From Halocafeteria seosinensis (taxonomy: Eukaryota), in contig LVLI01000294.1 of assembly GCA_001687465.1 (NCBI GenBank), forward strand, positions 62,001 through 126,000: 64,000 bases of DNA, written 5' to 3'. The stretch's first letter is position 1, and each line of letters starts with the position of its first letter. A program made the position numbers and the translations under genes. Positions 38,351 through 51,981 of the stretch are shown here, piece after piece. The notes under the pieces are model-generated. The model was given only the letters and a program-made list of their open reading frames with translations, had not been told where the DNA came from and ran no database searches.

Positions 38351-41300
38351 CTAAGAAACATACACATAAAACTGTGAGTCGTCTTCATCACGAGCCAAAT
38401 AATCCCTGTTAATAAGGTCCTCGATCCGGTGTTTAATAACTTTGGGTTCAGCAGGAAACCGTCGAATCTGATGTTGTACCTCCGCAATCAATTCCTGATG
38501 CGATACTTTCTGTCGTGCCTTCATCAGCCGGACTATGACCGCATCAATTTCAAACCGTCTGTTTTCTTTCACCTTATCTTCATGCTTAGCTGTTCCTTCG
38601 TCTCGTATTATCGGGATCGGCAGTTTTAGAATCTTCCGGGGATTTTTAAACTGGTCGTGAAAGATATAATTCGTGCCGTCTCTGCAAACAAACAGCACCA
38701 TGCCTCATAATGAAGAATGAATGCCATTGTCCCACACTACCTCTTGATGATTTCCCCATTATTGGATATCCTCTTTTTGGCTCGTACAGTGAGCGAGTGC
38801 ATAACTTGGCTGGTGACATGCTCTGGGAAGTCGATTGCCCTGGAGATACCTTCTAAACTCCATGTGCTCCTCTTGTTGAATAGCAAAAGGACAAAAGCTT
38901 GTAAAAGAGAGGTGTGAAGAAGCTTGGGAGATTCTTTGCTGCAGATTCTCAAGTGCGATGAGACGACCGTGAGCGTCATAACTCACATCCCAAACCGAAT
39001 ACTACTCACTTGAAAAACCCGTACAACTGTGCTTTCCCTCTCGGCCAAAGCCATCTCAGTCTTCTCATACGATCCCAGTGACAGGAGTAAAAGTCAATAA
39101 ACGCGTCAGCTATCTGCCGTAAATACTGCAAACGGTGAATATTTAGTTACCAAAACCAGTAAGCAGTTCCTCTTTACCTGGGAAAACTCAGTCGGAGGTG
39201 AAACATGAGCAACATTCCAGCTGAAAGGCCAGTGGGATGTAGATAGCACGGTTGGCTCAAAGTAATTTTCCGCTGCAAGACAGCACATACTATAATTTCT
39301 TCAACCATCAAGCAGAAAGACACTTGACTCACCTTGGGGATACTGTTGCTGAAAGGAGGCAGTAACCGAAGTGCTAGTTTCAGTGATATCTCGGTACATC
39401 CCTTCCATACGTCGGGTTGCTAGACTCCCCATTTCAAGTTTGAGCCTCGATATGACACTCCTCTCCAAATCCTGCAAAACTAGGATACTTGAATCAAACC
39501 ATCCTCGCCTCATCAGCCAAGCGTCGAGCTTACTGCGCGGCTCCGACCAAAATGAAGAAACCGTTCCGCCAACAGATTTTCATATTCTTGGAGAAAATAG
39601 TCTTGATGGTTGAGTAAACGTAAAAGCTCCAGTATCATATCCAACTTCCAGTTGTTTTCAACGATGTCGTTGTTCTTTACAATTGAGTTAAGGTAGCGGG
39701 CAATTAAGACGCTGTACCGCTCGGCTTTGCGAGAAGAAGCAAACAGTCTAGAGATGGTTCTCCTCAAAATGTCTAGGTACTCGGTAGACCCTTCAAGCAT
39801 ATCGTCAATGATTAGTTTATAGTGTCTATACAGCTGTGCTATAGAATCTGGGTATAACACAAGATGTGAGGCAACGGTGAACAAAGTGGCAAATAGCGAG
39901 TTCCACGTACCAATCAAATTCAAATTCCGGGATTGGCTACTTGGCCGTGCGTCAGCCATAGAATGCAGATCACATATCTGGAAGCCCAAGAATCAATGAA
40001 GAAGGGGTAAATGGTAGTTCAAAAAGCTACTCACTTTCTCCTCCAGATGCTTCGAGAACTCTCTACACAGACAGTCGTTTCCCTCAGAAAACGAGGAGAA
40101 CAAGGATAGCATCCGTTGGAGGTCCGCCCTTGAGCCTTCATCCAAAAGACCTGAAAGCCCAACTTGTCGGTTTTCTATTATGGAAGCATAACGAGGGCGC
40201 AATAGCGCATCTATGAGAGCCTCTTTTAGCTTCACTTCCGTAGCCGGGTGCAGACATGTCCTAGCAAGTTCCTTCTCTTCTGAGAAGAAGTTTTCAACCT
40301 GAACATACACAAATCCCAGGTATCAAACGCATTGTGCGCTTCTATGAAGCCAAACTTACTGTCTGAAGATATGCAGACAGATTCTGATCATCAAACAACT
40401 CTTGGGCCTGTTCTAAATAGTAGTCCTTGGACACATTTATGAATGAAGTTTCAAATTCTTTCACGTAAGTCTCCAATGACGCATCGGAGGAATGAAAAAC
40501 AGACGCCACTGTAGATCTTAGGCTGAAGAACGGCGGGTGCAAAATGCGACAAATTCGCCATATGGTTCAGTCAATACATACTTCTTGGCATCTAGAAATT
40601 GATCTAAATCCATCGACACAAACACCATGATATTTTCGCGAATGAGAGTCTTGTCAACAATCATCCCCTGTAGAAGAAAGAACAGACTATCGGATGAGTA
40701 AACCAAGCTGACAACTCTCCGCAAGTGGCTTACATGACGCCGATTCTGGATCATGGATAGTAACGCTTTCCGCAGCTGGCTACTCATAGGATCAAACACA
40801 GTTGACTTAAAGAGCACTAGGCTTTCAGCTGTCGTCGATCGAAGTTCAACAGTGTTCTCACAATTTAAATGCCTGAAAAGCTTGCTTGTCCACGCTTCAA
40901 GTACCAGAAAATCCTGCCATCTGAAGAATTCCAAAAGCAAATACCCATACTCAAAACGCCTATTGAGAGAATATTGTTATCATACATTTCTGTAAACCTT
41001 TGTAAAAAAATATCTCCTTCCAGATCTTGGATCTTAGGCAACAACCATTCCTGTAATTCCACTTGCGCGCTACCGTGACACCCAGGAACTTCCCCAGCAC
41101 CAGCGAAACGCTACATACATTAAGGAAAGTTCTGGTAAAACGTTGCAAAGTATTATACAAGTGTTCAGCCCCCGCTTCCTTTTGTGTACACTTTGTAACT
41201 GTCGCAGTTCAGAGCAGCAGACCAGTAGCGTTGTGTACAACTCATCACCAGGTACCTTCGCTATGGTTATAGATTCTTACCTGCCGTGTAGAGAGCTCCA

Positions 41301-41681
41301 AAGACCCTCCGCGACAACAATGGTTGTTGAACGTCACAGTCATTACTCTCATGTTGCTGACTCCTCCTTTTATGCAGAAATTCGACGAGGGGCTTCAGTC
41401 CGTACTCTTCAACCATTTCGGCCACTGCTCCAAGTTCACATCACCTCAACCCACAGCTGGAACTCTACAATGAGAGTATGCACATACCTTCTTTCGGTTC
41501 GAACGCATCTTCCGAGTGTCCACGGCGGCATTTCTCAGCAACTGTAAGGCCAGAAAGGAGATGAGCATCCACGGAGGGAAGCGCAACACACGTGGGTTCG
41601 GTCTCTCTTACTCAAATTGCTGAGGTATTCCCCACGTTGGGTGATAGAATCCTGTTCCAGGTTGCCCTGATGCGTCACCAT
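38351..41681 (-). CDS. divergent cullin (CUL1-like), many introns; start approximate
   Basis: N-terminal LYTAVTKCTQKEAGAEHLYN; RMEGMYRDI; VLSTSHWP; neddylation domain RFEIDAVIVRLMKARQ...IKHRIEDLINRDYLARD...YVYVS*. Confidence 0.9.
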
Positions 41682-42000
41682 TGTCACAAGTATCTCTGTC
41701 GCTGTACACGAAGTGAGCACTGGGAGCGTACCATGATTCGCATGGAAGAACTTGGAGACTAACAACCACGAGGGTAAAATTCAAATGCGTAAGTGCTTAG
41801 GCTTGAAGCCGTAGATGAGTTTCACACAGTGAGTCATCCTCTCCATAAGCGACTATTCGCTGGCTAATTCCTGAAAACCGGAATGGCGCACATACGGCAT
41901 AAGATATAGATGAAGAATAGTGGGGCTTTTCCTCGCTACTGTTTACATGGTACACCGCGGAGAAACAGGCAATGTATATTGACTCATTCTCAAATACGAG

Positions 42001-43429
42001 TTACAATTTTAGCGGCTTCTGCTGGGGATTGAATGTAGTCATGAAGAAGTATACCAGTTGATCAATCAGTCCTGATATTGCAAATGCACCTCCGATAATG
42101 GCACAAACAGAAGTTAAAAATTCGAGTAAAGGTGTATGGGCGTTCCTAACAATGACGAGAAAGGGACTAAAGTCGTAGATAATGAATACGCCAGGAAGGA
42201 CGTTTTGCCTTTGTCCGTCAACGAATGCCGGACGAAACTGGTACGTGTAGGAATACTGCAAAGCGGAAAAAAAAATTGAAAACGTGTACTGGGGACAATA
42301 TCCACCTACTCTTCTTAATTCATGCGTCTTCTTACCTGGTTGGTTTTGACCGTTTGAAACGTCTTTTCTACCCAAGTAGGTACCAATTTCAGAGAATACT
42401 GATACACTCCAGTAGCTTGCTGAGGGGCTTGTGTCGTCCCATCCAATGGGTTCGACATACTATGGACAAGAGGTCCGAATCGCAACTTGTGTATGGTGTG
42501 ACTAGTGTTGAAGCGTTTCAACTGCTGAGGATTGAATTCATGGATGTGCCGTCCGTCGCGTAGAACAGTATCACCCATAGCAACGTGAAAATTGCCTGCA
42601 ACTTTATTAACCTGGAAAGCAGCAATAAATTATATTCATAACAAGTCGAATGAAACCCAAAGGTTTTAACAACTAGCCCTTACCTCCATCGAGCCATATA
42701 TACGACATCCCTCTCCTTCCTTACTTACAAGTCCTTTCACTTCTCGCTCGCGTCGACATTGCTCAGCTTGATTCAATACATCCGCACTATTCCATCCTTT
42801 AGCAGAGTAAGCCTGCTTTACATCATCACACGTGTTACAACACTTGAACGAGTCTGATTCTGCGCCGTAACAACTACCGCAGTAGTCAGCATCGTGAGGA
42901 ATACTATCACCTTCCTCATCGTCCAAACTGTGAGAAAATGCCGAGCCAATACCCTTCCCATATTTATCTAACCTCAATTTATTAATATCGTGGTTGATCC
43001 CATTCTGTTGATCACCGGCTACGTCCATAGCATCCAGGTTCACTTCACCGCAGTGCAACGAGTGGAAGGTGATGTCAAAATCGACATGTAGCTTTTCCCC
43101 CACTGTAGGGTCCACAACAATGTGCTCCTCCGTTTCACTGCTAAGATATCTAGATAGTTCAGAGACGAAAAGCACTGATACTAGTGTTAAAGTAATTATC
43201 GACACTGCATGGCCAACGAAGCACTTCCATTTTATCCGGTTTTGTCGTTTCCCTATCCCCACTTACCAACTCCCCCAGAAGACGTCTTTAAGCGCTCTTC
43301 CTCCACAAGCTTCGGATAGAGATCTAATTTCTTAAACCGCTTCCTCGTGGCTGGAGATATAAAGGTACCAGAACTGGAACCCTCTTTGGTACTATCATCG
43401 CCATCGCGGTCTACATTACGTCGTCTCAT
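42001..43429 (-). CDS. ERGIC3: ER-Golgi intermediate compartment protein ERGIC3/Erv46
   Basis: FKKLDLYPKL...KTSSGG, LDAMDVAGDQQ, YCGSCYGAE..KCCNTCDDV, EGCRIYG, PGVFIIYDFSP, FLTSVCAIIGG. Confidence 0.95.
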
Positions 43430-43735
43430 TCTCTTCTACTCCTAGTCCTCGGGGTAAGCTTACCCAGATACTGAAACACAAAGTCTCCTCCACCCAGAGT
43501 CTGTCTTTCCTACGATTCTATTAACCATGGCATGTGTATGCATTGCTGTGCAATAATAAAATGCTAACACGACAAACAAACATGCGAGTAAACTCTGGTT
43601 GGAACTTGGAACTCGAGAACGTGAAATGTTAGCAACCTTCAGTACTTGTAATTATGTAGAAAGGTTACGCATTCTTTCATTATTCAACACCATAACTACG
43701 AAAACTACACGATGAAAACTACGATCGTTTTAATT

Positions 43736-46331
43736 CTACAATGGTGGGAATCCCAACCATGCAGTTGACACATTCCGAGCTATCATGACTTCTGAGAGCT
43801 TTCGGTTTTGGTGACCACTTACAGGAGGTACGAAGAAAGTACCCTCCAAACAGCTTGTAGGATTCAATTCCCATGAACCTACTGTTTGGTTCAAAGGATC
43901 TGTGTTTGCTGCAGAGGATGGTCGCCAACAGGCCACTTCCAAAGACGCATTACATGGCTTCAAGGACCATCGCCCATATGAAGCATCCCCGGAAAATCCT
44001 GTTGAGCGGGCTCGTATCGCCACACAACTTCCATTTCCCGCAACATGTATCCTTGAACTAGAGGCAAAATCCAGTACGTAACTTATAAGCTGGTTGTTTA
44101 CGCCAGCGATATCCTCTCGGGATAACGTTTCGCTGTCCCATGTCCAGACTCCAGCCCGAATTAATGCGGGTGAAGCAAGATCCATACTACTTACACTCAC
44201 CCCACAAGCTTGTAGAGCCATCATATTCTCGGTATTTACAAGTCCGTACTGTTTAGGGCCATAGAAAAATGGCGGAAGATTTTGGCTCTCTCCTGCAAAC
44301 CACAAGCAAATGCTTCCGGTGCGGGCTGCTATACATTGCACCGAAACGGACATCGTACCTCCAAAGATAGCCCATTCTCCAGGATTGTAACCGCCGCATG
44401 CTGGATAATCAGTGAAACATCCCATTACATCGTGGGGCCAGCCAGGGACAGTCATATCGTCGAAAATGTAATCGTTTCCCACCCCTCCAGTAGCCCGGAT
44501 CATTAGCGGTTTTCCCTTAGAGATCATGGACGCTCTGCTGGGCCATGTTTCATCACGCTGCAACAAGTTGCATACATGATTCAGCCAAAGAAACATGGTA
44601 AATACCGTAAAGACTTACATTTCTGTCCAGTGGAGTATATGCATGCTGACCAAATACAGATTCAGTAATGTTCTGGATATCCCCAATATGGCCACAAGAG
44701 GCATGGCTTCCTTCAACGTTCAATAGCACAGTCGTAACCTGCCCAACGTGGAGCTCGGATGGCTTTTCTATCCAATCCTCGACCTCCTGGTTAGTCCAAC
44801 AAAGGTTCAGGGTTTGATCGACGTGGAGATTCTCAAGCCATATAACTCACCTGAAGAGCAGGCGCCAGCAACTTATCGAATGGAGTGCATCCGAGATCGT
44901 AAGACGTAAAATTGGTTTTGAAATGAAAAACCTCTTCCAAGAGTTTGATTAAGTCATCCATTATCTGTATCTGTGTTCCTGCATGGCATACCCGCAGATC
45001 CCCGAAGACATACCTGAGAAACGAGCAATGTGCGAACACACACGAGTTCTGTCACCGTTATCATTTCATGTCTACAAAAGCAACCTCCTTACCAGGGATC
45101 AAACATCATTCCTCTCACACCGAAATTCAACTGATCTGTGACGGAATACAGTTGCTGAGTCCACACGAATTGTACAGGGCTTGTAGCGTTTTCACCACCA
45201 GTGATATTCTTAACGAACTCATGAAACCATCCGAAAAACGCAATCTCAGTATACCATACATCCCCTATTGCATTAAAGCTGAACCAGTCACATACTTTGA
45301 GAAGTCACGTTGTAACAGTCCGGAATTTTGAAGTGGTCCACTTACGAGTTATGAGTGTGGAAAAAATGTGCGTAGTTCAACGGTAAATGAGACTCCAGTG
45401 CACGCTGGAGTTGTAATGAGCTCTGAAATGGTACCTCTCCTCCCAGATCCACAGTTCCCGGCTTGCATATGCCAAACTCGTCCCGCGAACATCGGGTTTG
45501 CTTACCAAGACGAAACAGCTCACTAAGACTATCAGATCCATTGTTCAACGACTCGAAGGACAGCTCAGAGGACGACAAATGACGAGGTCTGACAAAATTG
45601 CCTGGGATCCTGTTTCGCTGTTGAGCTACTACTCGAAGGGGCACACTCTGCAAGGCGGAATGCGCAGCATTCCGTAACCGACCGAGTGGAATGTTCAACA
45701 GTTGCGACGGGCTTCTCACGGTAAGTTTCCTCCGAGATCTCCCCTCCCATAAGCTCTCTACTGAAATATCGACACTACATTCAGCGTCTGTTTTCAGATT
45801 TCTAATATCATTCAAGAGGGGGTTCAGATCAGCATTGTGGCACATTACCTCCTTCTCAGCTTCCAAGCGGAAGAAAGCATTAAGTGTATTCTCTCTATCA
45901 CGGACCCAGTTTTCACCATCACAGTCGACCATATCACGAAATGCGCTGTAAGCACCATATTTCGGACAAACACAGTCTATCCGATGTATCTCCTTCAACC
46001 ACACCTGCCTTCCTGGTTCTTCCTCATGGTTGAGCTCCGCAAGCAGCCGACCTAAAAACGCCCATTTATCCGTTCGCGCGGATACAAGAAAGGAGTCCAA
46101 CGACTCTTTGGAATCTCTCAGAAGTTTTATTATTGCGTCCGCTGTGTCTGGATGTCGAGCGCGGAGGTCCGCTTGTGAGCGTACATTTTCTGAGATGCCT
46201 AGGACCTCCTTAACCTGATTCCTGCTCGAGACTCTGATAGTTTCCGAACCCACCGCATGGATGCCAAGTTCTCCCAGAAAAACCCACAGAAACAAAACGA
46301 CTGGTAGTTGTGCACTCTTAGTCCACATCAT
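43736..46331 (-). CDS. secreted PI-PLC-X-like phosphodiesterase (Rv2075c-like) with C-terminal lectin-like region
   Basis: Signal peptide; spliced HTHNS/FNA...QQLYSVTDQLNFGVRGMMFDPW/...LRVCHAG (both catalytic His present); WTWD...W...C...VAC...C..G..F..P.SG.QN..L...AWL tail. Confidence 0.8.
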
Positions 46332-46687
46332 TTGAACACACCGACTGGACCAGCCGCGTGAACTTCACCCCAACACCGCCCACTACCGTCGCCTTGTTGA
46401 CAGGAACTCTGTATACGGTAATTCCGAAAGAATTCACCAACTTGCCACTGTGGGCAATGCCACATCTAACGTGAGTTTAAGCTGTCCAATGCGGGCTTGA
46501 AGTTGATCCAGCGATGGCATGCGGGCTCTGAGATCCGGGCTAAGGGCCCGGATATGAAGCCCTCATCATGTAGGCTACATGTTCAAAGCCTACGCATGCG
46601 AAACATGCATTTCTAGCTGCTTGGATACGTTGATACTCAATTCCCCGTGTTCGTTTCAACAATATAGAAGAAAGAAGGCATCAAACC

Positions 46688-49285
46688 ATGGGAAATACAG
46701 CCTCCTCCACCGCGGCGGAACCGGAATTCCTTCCATCATTGTATGGATCATTATTTAGTGCAGCCCTGCCTGTTCATGTTAAGGGTGCTTTCCAGCATAA
46801 GGGCAAGAGTGAGGACGCCGATTCCATCATCATTGCAGCGCGGAAGTACATCGAGCTCTATAATGCGCAAACAGGGGACCGCCGAGTGAAAGTCAACTCG
46901 GGAGTACCCATCACATGTGTGGATTATGCCCCAACGACGTCTCTGGGATATCCTATTGTCGTTACCGGAACGCAGTCAGGCGAAGTAGTTGTTTACCACG
47001 CTGAAAGCTTAGAGTAAGTCACGACGGATCCAACGAGTAACCACAGCCAGTATCCACCTGTCTCGTTTGTTCGTGATGTTCTGGACAGAGTTGCGAAACG
47101 ATTCCGACCATGCAAAGGAGTCATTTATGTGACATCTATTTCATGCCCGAATCCAAATTTACTCATTGTGGGAGACAGTAACGGGTCGGCCCAATCGATT
47201 CGTCTGGATCGGTACCAGCTGGTGCGAACCTATTCTCCACCTCAAGAGGTTTCCGATGCGTTGAGGAACGCGTCTTCCGGTGGTGTGGCGTACCAAAGAG
47301 AACTACAGGTCGTGTCCATTGCAATCTTCGGTCCAAGGAATAAACCTGTACTAGCATTGGGCTGGTTACAAGGTGTCATTCTAACGTATGGATTGCATGA
47401 TGGTAAGCCAGTGAAATTGTATCATCTTCGGTGGGCGTATTGGTACACATTGTTATGGATATATGCAAACTTCCAGGGATATATCTGAGCAGGTTTTCAG
47501 TGGAGCCAAAATTGAACAGAGTAATTTCTCTTCCACAATTTCGTGCTTTACTTTGTGCACGCCAAAACGACAACGCCATATACATTCGTGACTGGGCCGC
47601 TGGTACGGGTTGTGTTTTGTTTCCCTCTTCAAAGAATCAAGCACGACTAGCTTTTTTGTCTTGAATGGTTTACAGGGAAGCACGTTACACTAGATCCTGC
47701 AGAGGAGTTGCAGACACTATCTCGAGCGCACACGAAAACCACAAGCATTACCTATGACGACCGGCGCTCGATTTTATTTTGTGGGTGCTCAGATGGAGCG
47801 ATTTTGTTGCGGAAATTGCAAAGGAACAAAAAGACCAAGGAAATCTCGATGAGGTTACTGAAAGTTTGCCGCCCAAAGTCTTCAACAGGCTCTCCCATGT
47901 CAGCAATTCATCTATGGTACAACAGCCCGACAGATACTCTGATAGCAGGGGACAACGTCGGCCAGGCGCGTTGCATCAGAAACATCACTGGTGTTCACGA
48001 GGAGGAAGCCATGTTTCAAGATGAAGAGTATGAAGAGGAGCTGGAAATAGCATTGGATGAGGACGAGGACGGAGAAGAACAAGCAGTTGATCAGCAGAGT
48101 AGCAACATTAAAAAGCAATGGGCACTTAGATGCACTGGAGGACATGTCCTTATTGATTCAACAGGAGGTATTGCACGCTACTATTTCGAAGAAAACGCGC
48201 TTCCTACCGGAGTTCGACACAATAACGGGACATCCCAATATGGGCAGACTACTGCTGCTTATCTATCTCCTTTTTGCGACCGAGTTGAGTCTGCCGGCAT
48301 TGATGGAGAGTGTCAGCCTCTACCCTTTGGCTACGAACGGCAACCCACCCGAACTAACGCGGAATGGAACACTTGTCAGTTTGTCGATAAGTCTCCAGCA
48401 TCGTCAGATTTCGAATTCATTAAATCCAGTTCTTGGGAATACACAAACGTGAAGGGATTCGTGGAAGAAATTGAGGTGGAAAGTGGTAATGTGCAGAAGC
48501 TAGGCGACGACGAAGTGTCGGAACGTGCGGAATTGACGGTTTATACGCGAAATCCCTCGGGATTAACAGGGCTCGTTGCGCGGAAGACATTCACGGTCGA
48601 GGGCACGAAGGTCAACGTTGACTGCTCCATAGAATCAGAAAAGGAAAGAAGTGTGCCCCTTGGACTAGTTTTCCCATTCAATCTGCCGGAAGATGTTGAT
48701 CTGGAATTGGCAGAGCCGGATTTCGAAGTGGGCTACACAAGCCCAACAAACCCCATTTCTATAGAATTGGGCACAAACACTAGAACGGCAACGTTACCAC
48801 TAGGCGTGCAGTTTACGTCTTTGGACAATATCCCTATGCACGATGCAGGTGACTCGTTCAACTTGAAAGAGTACCTCTTGCTGGCTATCGATGCAGTGAT
48901 GATCCAGCTCTGTGGCGTAGAAGACGGCTCAGTTCTTATCAAGCACAAGGGCAACAACTGCGCATACAGGCTTTCATGGGACAACGAAATCTTGGATTCG
49001 CTACTGATCAAAACCACAGCAAATCCGAACTCTACGCGGACGATGCTTCTCTCGCCTTGTAGAGCTGCTTTCGATTACGGTCCTCTGGTGTCGAATTCTT
49101 CCAATCCTCTGCAGGATAGGAGTGTACAAACGACGTACAATTTCAATGCGTCCGAGAAGGTTGAGTTTTCCTACTCGTTTGAGGTTGTGCCCCTTGATTC
49201 AAAGACTTCCGAAGAACCTACCACAGCTAGCGCATCGACGGGTGGTAAAGGCAAACGGAAGAAGAAAGGCAAGAAAAAAACCTAG
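46688..49285 (+). CDS. N-myristoylated WD40-repeat protein fused to galactose mutarotase/aldose epimerase-like domain
   Basis: MGNTAS start; WD-like repeats (VVTGTQSGEVVVY, LIVGDSNG, LFCGCSDGAILL, LIAGDNVG); acidic linker; all-beta C-terminal domain; KGKRKKKGKKKT tail. Confidence 0.7.
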
Positions 49286-51626
49286 CTGTAACAACTCTCG
49301 TAGACCGCATTAAGATACCGTAGAAGCCTTTGCGAAGCTACAGAGAACTCCATTATCCTTTTCTTTTTCCTTCGTTCCCTCCATGTACCCGTGTCTTCCA
49401 CAATGCAACCTCCTTCGCCGCTATACAAACCGAACCCAAGTTCAGAGTACGTGCTTTCTCGACTGCCGTCATCGTATGCCAAGTGGGACAGCGAAATGGG
49501 CTCCTGCCTCATATGAGCAACCAGGGTCGAGGGGATTCGAATGCAAATGTCCGACCAGGGCTCTTTCCGAAGTTTCGTCCTCCTACTGGCGGTGTCTTCT
49601 TGTATGCTGCTGGCACGCCCGGTGGATCTTACGTACTCCGTAGCGGCACTGGTTACCAGCTTCCCGACAAAGTTGATTGATGCTGTAAGACCATTAAGGA
49701 ACGATACCAGCATTTCCTCGCAACAAATTGGCTGGATAGCAACCTTACCGGCCTCTTCCGGGAAGAGTTCCAAAAGCTCTTCATACGCATCTTGCTGAAC
49801 CATGCAGGCATGCTCCGGAGTAATTAAGCCCAGCTGCATAACACGCTTCCTCAAAGAACCAATACGTCACAGAACTTCAACCGTTTCATACAGTAGACGA
49901 ACCTGCAGTGCTAGTAGCGCAGCATCCACATAGCTGTCAAAAACGTACACCCCTTCTAACGCAAGATTCCATCTTTGTCCGCTTCCTAAATACTTCTGCT
50001 GGGAATTTTTATCAGCAATCTGCGAAAATAAGACCATTAGCTAAAAAAAATTTGCAAATACATTCAACAGTATTAACGTACTACATCATGAATAAATACA
50101 TGGGGAACATTCCGTTGTGCCTTGCGGAGAGAAGCAATCGCTGTCTTTATTGCACTGATGTCTCCTTGCCCAGAATCTCCGACGAAAATAAGGTGAGTTT
50201 CTGCAGGCAACATAGATGCAGTGGATAGTCCTTCCGCCGAAACTGGCATTAGTGAGTCGACGAACCTGGAAATAACTCGGCATATTTCTGAAAGTTCTCC
50301 GCTTTCTTTTCCGCCATTGAGGAATGGGTTAAAAAGTTACGGAAGTTACCTGTGAGGACAGTTATATCCCCTGTACCGTACTCTCTAAGAGCGGAATGAG
50401 TATACATCTTTGCAATCCGGGGTCTGGCGGTAACAAATACTAGCTGCCCTGCCACTTGACCTGGGTGGCCCTCCTTCAAAGCTTCATAAAACGCCCTGAC
50501 ACCAGGATAGCGACGTCCCCATGGAAACGACCTATCTTTCAAAGAGGCATGGAACGTGTCATCAATGTCACTCAAAATCTGCGACACATTTGTGTAAAAT
50601 ACAATGTACTAGGATAGCTATTCTCAATCGACTAACCTTGTTCGGTTGGAGATAAAGAGTACTACCATCATCTTCCAGCCCTTTCACACGCTTAGCAAGG
50701 TCATCAAGGTATTGCCCATGAGGGCGGCACATCTCTGTGGATCCCTGAAGGCGTAAACTTGGGTCATGCGAAGGCAAGTAAAGTTTCTGTGCTTCGTTAC
50801 CAAAGTGTTTCAGGATTTCATCTCTTCCTCCATCGTCCAGACATCTGAATATCAGGTGTTCAAGATCATATGAGTCCGCACCATGATCTATTATATTTTT
50901 CAGTTCCATCAACTCCTGGCCAAAAGTGGAAGTAAATATTTTCTCTACAAGACTGCGCACTGTAGCGTCATCCTTTATACCCTTGCCATATCGGTAATGC
51001 ACTCCTACAAGAACATTCTGTTTACCGTGAAAGCTAAGTGCGTCGGCTACGTAATAGATATGATTGATCAAGATAACACTAGGATTGACATGGCCCTGAC
51101 GTCTCCACGAAAACCAGCCACTTGATTCCGCATGATACCTGATTATCTCGCTCATCGATATGCGTGGATTAGAGAGGGCTCTTTCAAGATCCCCTAATGG
51201 CGAGCTCTTTAAGTACTTCAGGCATTTTTGAGTAAATTCTTCATCTGGTGACGAGGGAACTTCAATTACTGTCGCCGTATCCTGTTTTGATTGCTTGTCG
51301 TTGGATCCATTGGCACTGCTTGCGCTTCCACGGCCTGCTGCTACGTCAACCAGTGTGAATTCAGATCCACTATCCACTTGCGATCGAAACGTGATGGGAT
51401 CATGCCTATGGGACTGGAGAGACTCCTCGTTGATACTGCTCCGAGAAGGATGGGTCTCCTTCCCTCCTGTGGAATCCGATTTACTTTTCTCCAAGACAGA
51501 CTTCCGTGGGGTTTTGCCCTTTAGTGAGATAGCCAACCATAACCGTTCCAACGGGGAATACTCCCTTTCCGCCTCTCCAGCCGCACTATCTGCCTCTGGT
51601 TGTGTATGTTGCTGTTGAGCAGCCAT
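49282..51626 (-). CDS. APP1-like (DUF2183) HAD-fold phosphatidate phosphatase domain protein
   Basis: ILSDIDDTF...YPGVRAFY...VFVTARP...K..NF..Y.ELFP/E...IFVGDSGQGD motifs over spliced exons. Confidence 0.8.
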
Positions 51627-51981
51627 GGAGTCGTTGTCAAAACGCTCACGATCACAACACCGCCTCTCTCTGCCAATCTGTCGTCACGGTCCAAGACCGT
51701 ATATTCCTGTCCAACGATAGTGCCACCGTGCATCTATTGTCCCCCACTCGGGATTTCGCCAAAAACGCCCTCTGTAGCACTGGTTGAGAACTTGCCCATG
51801 TTCACAAGAAGTTAGCTTCCGAAGCTGAGCTTCGTGCTGCTTGTGAAGCTCTCAGATGGCAGACGCTGAAAATTCAAACAACATCTGCAGTGCTGCGTTC
51901 CTCCTGGTGTTGTGTATGCTTCTCTCCCCAAGTGCATGAGGTCAATCGTCCCGAGATAAGAATAAAGGAAACGGTACAAAC

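Noticed and set aside
41140..41500. Apparent frameshift or pseudogenisation at the cullin 5' end
   Set aside because: Resolved by ordinary phase-1 introns giving LYTAVTKCTQKEAGAEHLYN.
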